Below, one piece after another: positions 38,132-47,511 of a stretch of 64,000 nucleotides of DNA. The position numbers and the translations under genes are program-made. Numbering within the stretch: position 1 is the stretch's first letter; every line of letters begins with the position of its first letter. A model generated the notes under the pieces. It did not search any database. It was not told where the DNA came from and saw only the letters and a list, made by a program, of their open reading frames with translations. Where the stretch lies: the NCBI GenBank assembly GCA_035495775.1, contig DATJFG010000187.1, positions 9,786-73,785 on the forward strand, read 5' to 3'. The stretch is from Verrucomicrobiia bacterium (lineage in GTDB: Bacteria; Desulfobacterota; Binatia; UBA9968).

Positions 38132-39724
38132 ATGTCGTACTACCGCGATCTGCACGAGTGGCTGCACATGCTCGAAGAGAAGGGATACCTCAATCGCGTT
38201 TCTCGGCGCATCAACAAAGACACCGAGATGCACCCGCTGGTGCGTTTGCAATTTCGCGGGCTGCCGGAGCGGGAGCGCAAGGGCTGGTTCTTTGACAATA
38301 TCGTCGACGTGCGCGGAAAATCCTACGACATTCCCGTCGCGCTCGCCGTCATGGCGCCGAGTCGTGCCGTGTACGCGCTCGGCATGGGCGTCGAGTCGTC
38401 GCAAGAAATTCCTGCGAAATGGGCTGCGGCGCAGACGCGGCCGGTCGAGCCGCGGATCGTCTCCTCGGCTCCATGCCAGGAGATCGCCTTCACAGGTGCG
38501 GAGTTGGAAAACGCCGGCGGCCTCGGCATGCTGCCGGTGCCGATCTCGACGCCGGGCTTCGACAGCGGCCCGTTTTTCAGCTCCGGGCATTGGGTCACCA
38601 AAGACCCTGAGACGGGCGATTACAACTTCGGCACCTATCGCGCGCAGGTGAAGAGCCCGAGCCGCCTCGGCCTGTTCGCCTTCGCCTACCAGGATGTCAG
38701 CCAGCACTGGAACAAGGCGCGCGCGCGCAAGATGCCGCTCGAAGCGGCCGTCGTCGTCGGCTGCACGCCGAATCTCTCTTACTGCTCGACCGCGCGCATG
38801 CCGCCGGGCGCGGAATATGCCATCGCCGGCGCGATCGCCGGCGAGCCGCTCGAGCTCGTCCGCTGCAAGACGGTCGATCTACTGGTTCCGGCGCGAAGCG
38901 AGATCGTCATCGAAGGAATTATTCCCACCGACGAGGTCGAGCCCGAAGGCCCCTTCGGGGAGTTCACCGGCTACATGGCGCACCGGGCGCTGGACAAATT
39001 CATGAACGTGACGGCGATCACGCGGCGCCGCGATGCGATCTTTCAGGCGTTCTTGAGCCAGTTCCCGCCCAGCGAGTCGAGCATCCTGCGCGGTGTCGGG
39101 CTCGAAGGGCTTATCTATAAGATCCTCACTGTCGATAAGAAAATAAAAGGCATCCTCGAAGTGGCGCTTCCCGACGCGGCCGGAAGCCACGGCGTCGGCA
39201 TCATTCGGATGAATCGCGAGGCGGTCGGCGATCCGCTGGCGGTGCTCAACATCGTCGCCGACATGCCGCGCGCCGCGCCGAAGATTTTGATCGCCGTGGA
39301 TGAAGATATCGACGCGCGCGACGCCGAGGCGGTGCAATGGGCGATGGCCTATCGCATGCAGCCGCATCGCGATATTCGGATTCGCGACATCAAAGTCTCG
39401 ACGGCGCTCGACTTTTCTCTGGCGCCGCCTTCTTCGCGCCAAGACGCCGAGGCGCAGAGAGGCTCGGCAATCTTGATCGACGCGACCCGGAAGTGGGAGT
39501 ATCCGCCGGTGTCTTTGCCGCGGCGCGAGTTCATGGAAAAGGCGCAGGCGATCTGGCGCGAGCTTGAACTTCCGCCGCTCGAGCTCAAGAAGCCGTGGTT
39601 CGGCTATAACCTCGGCAGCTGGAGCGAGGAAGACCAGGCCGACGCCGAGCGTGCGCTGCGCGGCGAGCACTACGAGACGGGCGAAGCCCGGCGCGCGCAA
39701 CGTGGCCGCCCGCAGAAAGATTGA
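38132..39724 (+). CDS. UbiD-family prFMN-dependent (de)carboxylase
   Basis: YRDLHEWL, NFGTYRAQ, VRCKTVDLLVPARSEIVIEG, EGPFGEFTGY, VDEDID; ATG follows GGAGGG. Confidence 0.9.
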   Translation: MSYYRDLHEWLHMLEEKGYLNRVSRRINKDTEMHPLVRLQFRGLPERERKGWFFDNIVDVRGKSYDIPVALAVMAPSRAVYALGMGVESSQEIPAKWAAAQTRPVEPRIVSSAPCQEIAFTGAELENAGGLGMLPVPISTPGFDSGPFFSSGHWVTKDPETGDYNFGTYRAQVKSPSRLGLFAFAYQDVSQHWNKARARKMPLEAAVVVGCTPNLSYCSTARMPPGAEYAIAGAIAGEPLELVRCKTVDLLVPARSEIVIEGIIPTDEVEPEGPFGEFTGYMAHRALDKFMNVTAITRRRDAIFQAFLSQFPPSESSILRGVGLEGLIYKILTVDKKIKGILEVALPDAAGSHGVGIIRMNREAVGDPLAVLNIVADMPRAAPKILIAVDEDIDARDAEAVQWAMAYRMQPHRDIRIRDIKVSTALDFSLAPPSSRQDAEAQRGSAILIDATRKWEYPPVSLPRREFMEKAQAIWRELELPPLELKKPWFGYNLGSWSEEDQADAERALRGEHYETGEARRAQRGRPQKD

Positions 39725-39790
39725 GGCGGCGCTTTCGTAGCACGCTGAAAGCGTATACCATGAAAAAGATCACACAACAGGAGTACGAAC

Positions 39791-40303
39791 ATGGAAACCA
39801 CCAACCCGGTCGTGAGCTTCTCGACAAACGCGGGCGACTTTTCCGCTGAGATTTTCGTCGACAAGGCGCCGATCAGCGCGGAGAACTTCTTGAGTTACGT
39901 CAAGGAAGGCTTCTTCGACGGCCTCATCTTTCACCGAGTCATCCCGCGTTTCATGATCCAGGGCGGCGGCTTCGATAAAGACATGAAGCAGAAAAAGGCC
40001 AAGGCGCCGATCAAGAACGAGGCCGGAAACGGCTTAAAGAATCTGACCGGCACATTGGCTATGGCTCGGACCAACGTCGTCGACAGCGCGACCTGCCAAT
40101 TCTTTATCAACGTGACCGATAATGAATTTCTCGACCACAAGAACAACAGCCCCGATGGATACGGCTACGCGGTCTTCGGCCGCATCAGCGATGGAATGGA
40201 CGTCGTGCACAAGATCGAAAAAGTACGCACGGGTAATCGAGGTTTGCACCAGGACGTACCGGTCGAGCCGGTCGTGATTAATTCGGTAAAGCTGGCAAGT
40301 TAA
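39791..40303 (+). CDS. ppiB: Cyclophilin-type peptidyl-prolyl cis-trans isomerase
   Basis: FHRVIPRFMIQGGG, GTLAMART, QFFINV, GYAVFG. Confidence 0.92.
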   Translation: METTNPVVSFSTNAGDFSAEIFVDKAPISAENFLSYVKEGFFDGLIFHRVIPRFMIQGGGFDKDMKQKKAKAPIKNEAGNGLKNLTGTLAMARTNVVDSATCQFFINVTDNEFLDHKNNSPDGYGYAVFGRISDGMDVVHKIEKVRTGNRGLHQDVPVEPVVINSVKLAS

Positions 40304-40356
40304 ACACGCGTTTATCCGGCGGCAGTTTCCCTATTCGAGAGTGCCGGCGCTGTGGT

Positions 40357-42024
40357 TTACTTAAGCGGCTCGAGCTGAAAATCGATTCTTTTCGCACCGA
40401 CGTCGACTGGGTTCTTCTTATATTCTCCCGCCATATTCCCCGGCTCTTTGTTTCCGATGTTCCCGTCCTTGGCGAGCCGTGCGGAAATGAAGAGCTTGCC
40501 CGAGAAAAGCGAGCCCGGCATCATGACATCCTCCGGACCGATCGAATAGCTCATAGGAAATTTCGGATGGCCGATTTTTTTCACGGCCAGTGGGGGGCCC
40601 GCGCCGCTCGTCGATTTTGCGATGATGAATAGTACCGCCTTCTGATCGACGGCCGGCTTCGATTTCGGGTCGACATCAATAACCCCTTGAATCGCGCCTC
40701 CGGCCGCTTGCGCCTCCGCGGGGGGACGCTGTTTCGCCGGAGCGGCGGTTTGCGCCGGGGCCGGAGACTGTTTGGTGGGAGCGGCGGTATTTTTTACGGT
40801 GCCGGGCTTGTCGAGTTCGGCGATCTTGTTTTCGACTTCGGTCTTCTCCTGACCCGGCGGCATCATACTCGAAACTTTTTCCAGCAGTCGGCGCGCTTCC
40901 GCCGCATCCGTTCCGTTTTGCGCGAGCAGCATGCCCTTGCCCCACAGTGCGACAGGCGCATTCGGGTCCGCGGCGAGCGCGCGGTCGAAAGCCGTGATGG
41001 CCCCGTCCGTATGGCCCGCCTGCGCGAGCATCAGGCCCATATAGGCGTTGGCTTCCGGATGATTCGCGTCGATAGCGAGGACTTTCTTGAAGGCGTCGAT
41101 CGCTTGGGGCCAATCCCGTTTTTCGAACGACGCGCGCCCCTGCGCCATCAGTGCGTCCGGGCTTCCCGAAGAGGTTCCTGTTAGGAACCCGCCGGTGATC
41201 GTATCCTGGGCCGAACTTCGCTGCCGTGTCGCCTGCATGAGCAGGGCGCCAAGCGATAAACCGAGCAGCAGCAGAAAGACAGCGCCGGTTACGAGCTGCC
41301 AGCCCTTTAACCCGCGTCGGTCTGCCGGCATGTGAGGCTTTTTCTCAGTTGTGCTTCTTCGCGGCGACGCGTGAACTGCTAACGGCTGAGGCAGAGCCAT
41401 GAGTTTTTGTCCGACCGCGGCCGCTTCCCCCGCCAGACGGCGGCGCATAGCAGCATAATCGGCGTCGGAAAGCTTACCGGACTGAAAATCGAACTCGATT
41501 TCTTTCTCCTCGGTTTCGATGCGTTCGCGCTCGCCTTGTAAAAACTCACGATTGTCGCTATCCGGCGAAACGTTCGCCTGCGCCGACAAAGACGAGGTTG
41601 CGGCCGTGCCGTCGGTCTTATTTCGTCTGACCCAGCGGCGCGTCACGAAGACGACGAGCAGGAGACCCAATACTGCGCCGGCGGCGGGTAAAACCCAGAG
41701 GACGAGGCCGAAGCCTTTCGCCGGCGGTGCGAGCAGCACCCAGTCTCCATACTTGGAGACAAAGAATTTTCTGATCTCCTCCGGGCTTTTCCCTTGCTCG
41801 AGCTGTTCTTTAACCAATGCGCGCATCTCCTGCGCCAGCTCCGAAGGCGAATCGGCGACGGAGAGATTCTGACACACGGGGCAGCGGAGCTCGGCGGCGA
41901 TCGCGCGCGTCTGCTCTTCGATATCCGGCGGCTGCGCCGCCGGAAGGGAGTAAGTGAGTAATTGTAAAGTGAGAAGCGTCAGGAGGAATCGAACGCCTAT
42001 TTTTTTGAGTTTAACACTGCTCAC
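40357..42024 (-). CDS. ccmH: Cytochrome c maturation protein CcmH fused to a CcmI/CycH-like TPR region
   Basis: ELRCPVCQN CXXC motif, FFVSKYGDWVL, TPR repeats, C-terminal GPPLAVK domain. Confidence 0.88.
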   Translation of the reverse strand: MSSVKLKKIGVRFLLTLLTLQLLTYSLPAAQPPDIEEQTRAIAAELRCPVCQNLSVADSPSELAQEMRALVKEQLEQGKSPEEIRKFFVSKYGDWVLLAPPAKGFGLVLWVLPAAGAVLGLLLVVFVTRRWVRRNKTDGTAATSSLSAQANVSPDSDNREFLQGERERIETEEKEIEFDFQSGKLSDADYAAMRRRLAGEAAAVGQKLMALPQPLAVHASPRRSTTEKKPHMPADRRGLKGWQLVTGAVFLLLLGLSLGALLMQATRQRSSAQDTITGGFLTGTSSGSPDALMAQGRASFEKRDWPQAIDAFKKVLAIDANHPEANAYMGLMLAQAGHTDGAITAFDRALAADPNAPVALWGKGMLLAQNGTDAAEARRLLEKVSSMMPPGQEKTEVENKIAELDKPGTVKNTAAPTKQSPAPAQTAAPAKQRPPAEAQAAGGAIQGVIDVDPKSKPAVDQKAVLFIIAKSTSGAGPPLAVKKIGHPKFPMSYSIGPEDVMMPGSLFSGKLFISARLAKDGNIGNKEPGNMAGEYKKNPVDVGAKRIDFQLEPLK

Positions 42025-42037
42025 TGATCACTCCTCG

Positions 42038-42604
42038 CTAACGTATTGACGTGTAGTCGCCTTTGCCTTCTTTGCTCGTTATGATCCGCTGGCGCGCCTC
42101 CGCGGCCTTGGCCGTGACGATCGGCCCGTGGATTTCGCCGACGTGCTTGTAGACGATCCGGCCGTCGGGATCGACGAAGAAAGTCTCTGGAATTCCCCAG
42201 ACGCCGAAATCGATGGCGATGCGCCCGGTCGAATCGGCGCCGTTCGGATAGGTCACGCCGAATTGATTGACGAACGCGCGTCCGTTTGTCTCCGTGTCCT
42301 GAATCTCAATACCGAGGAAGACGACGTCTCCTTGTCGCATGTTCTGCCAGGTTGCCTCGAGTTCCTTGGCCTCGGCGATGCACGGAGGACACCACGAGGC
42401 CCAGAAGTTGATAAACACCACCTTGCCGCGGAGATCGGAAAGCTTCACTTTCTCCCCGGTGAAAAGCGTCAGCGTGAAATCCGGAGCTTGTCGACCGACG
42501 AGCGGCGAAGGGATGTAGCGCGGATCGCGGAAGAAGCCGTAGGCGAGCAGCGCGACAAACGGTACGATCAGGGCCAATGTGATAATGAGGCGGCGCAGCG
42601 GCAT
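42038..42604 (-). CDS. ccmG: Thiol:disulfide oxidoreductase CcmG/TlpA
   Basis: NFWASWCPPC, GIPETFFVD; ccm context. Confidence 0.85.
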   Translation of the reverse strand: MPLRRLIITLALIVPFVALLAYGFFRDPRYIPSPLVGRQAPDFTLTLFTGEKVKLSDLRGKVVFINFWASWCPPCIAEAKELEATWQNMRQGDVVFLGIEIQDTETNGRAFVNQFGVTYPNGADSTGRIAIDFGVWGIPETFFVDPDGRIVYKHVGEIHGPIVTAKAAEARQRIITSKEGKGDYTSIR

Positions 42605-42614
42605 CAAAAAGATC

Positions 42615-44612
42615 TCAACTCTCGGCGATCAGCTCCGAACGCACCGCCTGCTCAACGCCGACTTCTGAAAACCTTCTCGCTGGCCATACCGCGATGAGCG
42701 TTCCGAGGACAATAACCGCTCCGCCGAGCCAGATCCAGACGACCAGCGGCCGGACGAGCACCTTAAGCGTCGCGCGGTTTTTGTCGAGCTCGCTAAAGCC
42801 CGAAAGGATCAAGTACAAGTCTTCGGTGAAGGTGCTGCGATGGACAGCCCGGCCGACCGGAGATTGCTGGTTGGGAAAAAACTTGAGCGCGGGCGCTAGC
42901 TGGCCGATCGAGCGGCCGCCGCGCGTGACTTCAAAGACTCCTTCGACGCGGTAATGCGTCGGCTGCTCGATCGACCGAAGTCCCTCGAGGCGGATTTTAT
43001 AATCGGCGACCTCGAGCGTCTCACCGCGTCCGAGCGTCGCTTGGCGTTCCACGCTGTAGCTCATCGAGCCGGCGATGCCCAACGCGATCAAAACGATGCC
43101 GAGATGGACGACCAGCCCCCCGTAGCGCCGCTGATTGCGGCGGGCGAGCATTGTGAGCGCGCGAAACATGCCTTCACCTGCGAGCCGCCGCCGCGCGCGC
43201 ACGGCCAGCGCCGTGTCGTAAATAATGGTCGCCGCGACAAACGCGCAAACAGTCACGCCGAGCAGCGGGAGAAAGTCGCGCACCACGAGAACAAAAACAA
43301 TCATCGCCGCGGCCAACGAGGCGACCGCCGGCCAGAGGAAATTCCGCTTTAAGTTGTCCCACGAGGCGCGGCGCCACGCGATCATCGGACCCACGGCCAT
43401 GAGAAAGACGAGCGCCAAAAAAATCGGTACGGTCGCGGAATTGAAATAAGGCGCTCCGACGCTCACCGGCTTTCCTGTCACGGCCTCGGCGATGAGCGGA
43501 AAGATTGTGCCTAAAAAGATCGTAAACAGCGCGGAGACGAGAAGCACATTGTTGAGCAGAAAGGTCGATTCGCGGCTCACCATCGAATCGAGCTGCGGCT
43601 GCCCCTTCAAAAGATCCGAGCGGTAGGCCAATAGCCCGAAGGAAGAGATTAAAATGACCGCTAAAAATGCGAGAAAGATCGTCCCCACGGGACCGTTCGA
43701 AAAGGCGTGGATCGACGAGAGAACTCCAGAGCGGGTTAAAAACGTGCCGAAGATCGTCAGGCTGAACGCGACGATAATCAGCGAGAGATTCCACACCTTC
43801 AGCATACGCCGGCGCTCCTGAACCTGGACGGAATGCAGAAACGCAGTCGCCGGCAGCCAAGGCATGAAGGCCGCGTTCTCGACCGGATCCCACGCCCAGT
43901 AGCCGCCCCAACCGAGCACATGATAGGACCACCACGCGCCGACCAAGTTGCCCATCGTGAGAAAGAACCAGGCGGTAATCGTCCAGCGCCGCGTCGTCAC
44001 GATCCATTCTTCGTTGATCTTGCCGACGATCAGCGCCGCCATCGCGAAGGCGTAGGGGACAGTCAGACCGACAAATCCGGTATAGAGCAGGGGCGGATGG
44101 CTCATCATGTTCGCGTCTTCGAGAAGAGGATTTAAGCCGCGACCATCGAGCGGGACAGGCGAAACCGTCTCGAACGGATTGGAAGCGAACGCCAAGACGC
44201 CGAGAAAGAAAGCCGAGACGATGGAGAAGATCATCAAGACCCAGGGCATCGTCTCTGCGTGGCGGTCTTTATAAATCCACGCGACCAGTCCTGAGAAGAT
44301 GATGAGGAGCCACTCCCAGAGCATCAAAGAGCCTTCGAGCGCGCCCCACAGGCCGGTGATCCGATAATAGATCGGCGTCGCACGCGTCGTGTTCATCGCG
44401 ACGTACTGGATCGAGAAATCGGTCGTCACCAAACCGATAATTAACGCCAGGGCGGCGACCGTGACGAGCACGAACTGGCCCAGGATGGCGATGCGCGCGC
44501 TGGATAAGAATGTGGCCTTGCCGGTGCGATTGAGCAGTATCGGTGCGGCGATGCCCCAGAGCGCCAACGCAAAGGCGAGGAGGACGGCGGTGTGGCCCAC
44601 GAAAGCGGTCAT
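42615..44612 (-). CDS. ccmF: Heme lyase CcmF
   Basis: GLNPLL, HPPLLY, WGGYWAWDPVEN, GTFLTRSG..SIHAF. Confidence 0.96.
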   Translation of the reverse strand: MTAFVGHTAVLLAFALALWGIAAPILLNRTGKATFLSSARIAILGQFVLVTVAALALIIGLVTTDFSIQYVAMNTTRATPIYYRITGLWGALEGSLMLWEWLLIIFSGLVAWIYKDRHAETMPWVLMIFSIVSAFFLGVLAFASNPFETVSPVPLDGRGLNPLLEDANMMSHPPLLYTGFVGLTVPYAFAMAALIVGKINEEWIVTTRRWTITAWFFLTMGNLVGAWWSYHVLGWGGYWAWDPVENAAFMPWLPATAFLHSVQVQERRRMLKVWNLSLIIVAFSLTIFGTFLTRSGVLSSIHAFSNGPVGTIFLAFLAVILISSFGLLAYRSDLLKGQPQLDSMVSRESTFLLNNVLLVSALFTIFLGTIFPLIAEAVTGKPVSVGAPYFNSATVPIFLALVFLMAVGPMIAWRRASWDNLKRNFLWPAVASLAAAMIVFVLVVRDFLPLLGVTVCAFVAATIIYDTALAVRARRRLAGEGMFRALTMLARRNQRRYGGLVVHLGIVLIALGIAGSMSYSVERQATLGRGETLEVADYKIRLEGLRSIEQPTHYRVEGVFEVTRGGRSIGQLAPALKFFPNQQSPVGRAVHRSTFTEDLYLILSGFSELDKNRATLKVLVRPLVVWIWLGGAVIVLGTLIAVWPARRFSEVGVEQAVRSELIAES

Positions 44613-45052
44613 GACTTCTTCTCCTCCGGCGCGGGGATAAAGCTATTCGGAGCATTCGGTTTCTGGTGCTCGGCCGGGCTGTATTCCTCGGCGTGCTTGG
44701 CCATGATCGTGTTGGCCATGAAGACGCCGTCGCCGCCGATTTTCCCTTCGACGACCGCTCCCTTCCCATCGCCGAAAAGGTCGGGGGGGACGCCGTGAAA
44801 ATAGATCGGGATCACGGCGTTTCCGTCGGTCAGTTGGAATCGGTAGGTGAGACCGTCGCTGTTTCGGTGCAGCGAGCCTTTGACGACCATGCCGCCGACG
44901 CGCAGCGATTTGCCGTCGGCGCCACGCTCCTGCGCCTTCAGTTCGGTCGGAGTCACGAAATAAACCATCGCCTGACGCATGCCGCCATAAATCAGATAGA
45001 AGAGAGCCCCCAGGATAACGATGCCGCCAATAAGAAATCTTTTTTTATGCAT
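44609..45052 (-). CDS. ccmE: Heme chaperone CcmE
   Basis: RVGGMV, PDLF, AKHAEEY (HxxxY heme site). Confidence 0.93.
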   Translation of the reverse strand: MHKKRFLIGGIVILGALFYLIYGGMRQAMVYFVTPTELKAQERGADGKSLRVGGMVVKGSLHRNSDGLTYRFQLTDGNAVIPIYFHGVPPDLFGDGKGAVVEGKIGGDGVFMANTIMAKHAEEYSPAEHQKPNAPNSFIPAPEEKKS

Positions 45053-45194
45053 GTGGATCCGTTCGTTCGTAGGATTCCATTTCCGAAAGCTTGGCCTGCG
45101 CCCGGCTCATCCTCCTGCGTAGAATAAGCCAGTAGATCACGAGGGCCGTCCATACGACTCCGTAAGCCAGCAGAACATATCCCCAACCATCCAT
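45045..45194 (-). CDS. ccmD: Heme exporter protein CcmD
   Basis: 49 aa MDGWGYVLLAYGVVW..., hydrophobic N-terminus with basic tail, between ccmC and ccmE. Confidence 0.75.
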   Translation of the reverse strand: MDGWGYVLLAYGVVWTALVIYWLILRRRMSRAQAKLSEMESYERTDPHA

Positions 45195-45196
45195 CG

Positions 45197-45901
45197 TCAA
45201 GCGGCCCCTTCCAGCATTCCTTGCTGGACCTTCGCCTCGCTTTCGCCGACGTGGATACGCAGCGAAAGCAGATAAAAGTAAAACAGCAGAAAGGCGATGA
45301 AATTCACCGTGAGCGCGATCAGCATCGCCGGATGAATATTCTCCCAGGGAGCTTTGTCCGGCCGGAGAATCGACGGCGGTTGATGTAAGGTGCGCCACCA
45401 GTAGACCGACATGTGGATCAGCGGGATGTCGAGAAAGCCGATGATGCCGAGAATCGCCCCCGCGACGGCGCCGCGCTCCTCGTCTTCGATCAGCGATCTG
45501 AGCATCAGATAGCCGGCAAAAATCATCAGCAGCACGGCTGTGAGCGTGAGACGCGCATCCCATGTCCACCACACGCCCCAGGTCGGCCGCCCCCAGATCG
45601 ATCCCTCGACGATCGTGAGCGCCGTAAATAGGACGCCGATCTCCGCGGCCGAGCGCGCGAGGATGTCGTCCCGCCGCTCGCGTTTCCACAGATACATGCA
45701 ACTGCCGACGAAAACGATGAAAAAGGAAAGATAGGCGGTCAGGATGCTCGGTATGTGCAGATACATGATCCGCTGGACGTCGCCTTGATTTGCGTCCGGC
45801 GGTGCTTTTACGAGGCCGTAATAAAGTCCCACAACTATAAACGCTAGCGCCAGCAGGCCTAAAATGCCGCCGCGTCTGCGTTTCGTATTCTTTACTGGCA
45901 T
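45197..45901 (-). CDS. ccmC: Heme exporter protein CcmC
   Basis: RIMYLHIP, WGRPTWGVWWTWDARLT (WWD domain), WWRTLHQP. Confidence 0.95.
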   Translation of the reverse strand: MPVKNTKRRRGGILGLLALAFIVVGLYYGLVKAPPDANQGDVQRIMYLHIPSILTAYLSFFIVFVGSCMYLWKRERRDDILARSAAEIGVLFTALTIVEGSIWGRPTWGVWWTWDARLTLTAVLLMIFAGYLMLRSLIEDEERGAVAGAILGIIGFLDIPLIHMSVYWWRTLHQPPSILRPDKAPWENIHPAMLIALTVNFIAFLLFYFYLLSLRIHVGESEAKVQQGMLEGAA

Positions 45902-45962
45902 CGTTGAGAAAGTATCAAATCAAATCTACGTCGAAGACGCAAACAAGATCAGACGGCTCCTT

Positions 45963-45982
45963 GTATGTCAAAGTATGTCAAA
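45963..45982. repeat. Perfect 10 bp tandem direct repeat (putative regulator box)
   Basis: GTATGTCAAA twice (TTTGACATAC twice on the minus strand) upstream of ccmC. Confidence 0.6.
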
Positions 45983-46002
45983 ATCCGATGAGCGAGCATC
46001 AA

Positions 46003-46019
46003 CGCAAGCCGCATACCAA
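46003..46019 (-). promoter_or_regulatory. Putative sigma54 (-24/-12) promoter for ccmC-H
   Basis: Minus strand TTGGTATGCGGCTTGCG: GG-N10-GC with TT before the GC. Confidence 0.6.
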
Positions 46020-46132
46020 CCTCGCGAAAGCTTTCTACCAACGAACCATATGGCGATTCGCGTAAAAATTACAGAAAAAAATCGCGGAAATAAGAAAACG
46101 ATGAAATATTTCCTAAAAGCGGGAAACTTTTG

Positions 46133-46810
46133 CTACGATTCGACGACCCATTCGAAGACGAGAATACCGGCGGTGAGAAAAATCACATCGAAGGCGATCA
46201 GCATGTTAAGCCAAGGTAGTGATTCAGCTAATTCCGCGTTGCGCAGTATCGCATCCATTCCGCGGATCGTCGCCAGCACGATGGGGATGAGAAGCGGTAA
46301 GATCAGGAGAGGCAGGAGGATCTCTCGTCCTCTGGCAGTCAGCGTCAATGCGGAGAAAAGAGTCCCGACAACGCAAAAGCCCACCGTGCCCAATAAGCCA
46401 TAAAGAAAAACGAACGGCAATCGGTCCCACACTGGAACGCTGAACAGCACCCAATAGAGCGGAAACACCACGATCTCGACCAACGCCATCAACAGGAGGT
46501 TGAAGCCCGCCTTCGACAAAAAAATGGTCGCTCGGTCGATCGGCGAGATGAGGAGCGCCTCGAGGCAGCGGTTTTCGCGCTCCGGCTGAAAGAGTTGCAT
46601 CAGTCCGAGCGTGCCGCAAAAGACGACGGCGAGCCAGAGAAGACCCGGAGCCATCTCGGTTGCCTTGGTGCGCTCGATATCGAGCGCGAAATTGAAAATG
46701 AAAAGCAGCAGGATGCCGAAAAAAAACATCGCGAGCAGGCTCTCGCGCCGCCGGAGCTCGAGCAGGAGGTCCTTGCGCAGCAGCCAGGCGGTTTGTTTTA
46801 GGAAAGCCAT
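46133..46810 (-). CDS. ccmB: Heme exporter protein CcmB
   Basis: KDLLLELR, PGLLW, FQPEREN..LEALL, REILLPLL..PLLIP. Confidence 0.93.
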   Translation of the reverse strand: MAFLKQTAWLLRKDLLLELRRRESLLAMFFFGILLLFIFNFALDIERTKATEMAPGLLWLAVVFCGTLGLMQLFQPERENRCLEALLISPIDRATIFLSKAGFNLLLMALVEIVVFPLYWVLFSVPVWDRLPFVFLYGLLGTVGFCVVGTLFSALTLTARGREILLPLLILPLLIPIVLATIRGMDAILRNAELAESLPWLNMLIAFDVIFLTAGILVFEWVVES

Positions 46811-47511
46811 GCTTCTCCGCGCGGAAGAAAATCGCCGACGGCCGAAAAGAAACTGTCCCATGAGGCGCGTTTGGCTTCATCGAAGCAGACGCGTCCGCGT
46901 TTCAAGATCACGGCGCGCGAGCAGAGCGCCGCGGCGCGCGCGACATGATGCGTCGCCATGACGACCAGGCCGCCGTTGAGGCAGACCTGCGTCAGATAAT
47001 TTTCCAATAAATCAACGCCGCTGCCGTCGAGCACGCCGTAGGGCTCGTCGACGAGCAAGAACTCCGGTTCGAGCAGCCGCCATTTGGCGATCGATAGGCG
47101 GCATTTCATTCCGCTCGAAAACGAGCCGACGTATTCACCCGCCCAGTCTTTCAGCCCCACGTCGCCGAGCGCGTCGCCGATCGCGCCGCGTTTCTCCATG
47201 CCGTAGAGAGCCAGAAACAGCCGCAAATTTTCTTGCGCGGTTAATTTTTCGTAAAGATGATCTCCCGGCGCGAGGAGCCCGATGCGAGGGCCGCGCCGCG
47301 CGGACTGCCCCGCCCATTTGACGCCGTCGACGAGCATTTCTCCCGCTGTCGGCCGGATAATTCCCGCCAGCGCTTTGATCAGCGTGGTTTTTCCCGCGCC
47401 GTTGGGGCCGAGAAGCGCGACGCATTCGCCGGAGCGAAGCTGAAGGTCGATGTCTTTAAGCGCCCAGGCGAAGCCGTAGCTTTTGGATAGGTGGCGAACT
47501 TCGAGATGCAA
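46798..47511 (-). CDS. ccmA: Heme ABC exporter ATPase CcmA
   Basis: GPNGAGKTT, FSSGMK, LLVDEP, ATH; overlaps ccmB. Confidence 0.88.
   Translation of the reverse strand: MHLEVRHLSKSYGFAWALKDIDLQLRSGECVALLGPNGAGKTTLIKALAGIIRPTAGEMLVDGVKWAGQSARRGPRIGLLAPGDHLYEKLTAQENLRLFLALYGMEKRGAIGDALGDVGLKDWAGEYVGSFSSGMKCRLSIAKWRLLEPEFLLVDEPYGVLDGSGVDLLENYLTQVCLNGGLVVMATHHVARAAALCSRAVILKRGRVCFDEAKRASWDSFFSAVGDFLPRGEAWLS

Noticed and set aside
40357-42024. CcmH-TPR fusion and the CcmE heme motif as novelties
   Set aside because: CcmH/CcmI fusions are well known, and CcmE has the canonical HxxxY motif.
45864-46403. 179-aa plus-strand ORF spanning the ccmB-ccmC gap
   Set aside because: It overlaps both ccm genes in antisense and has no motif; the gap is better explained as regulatory DNA.
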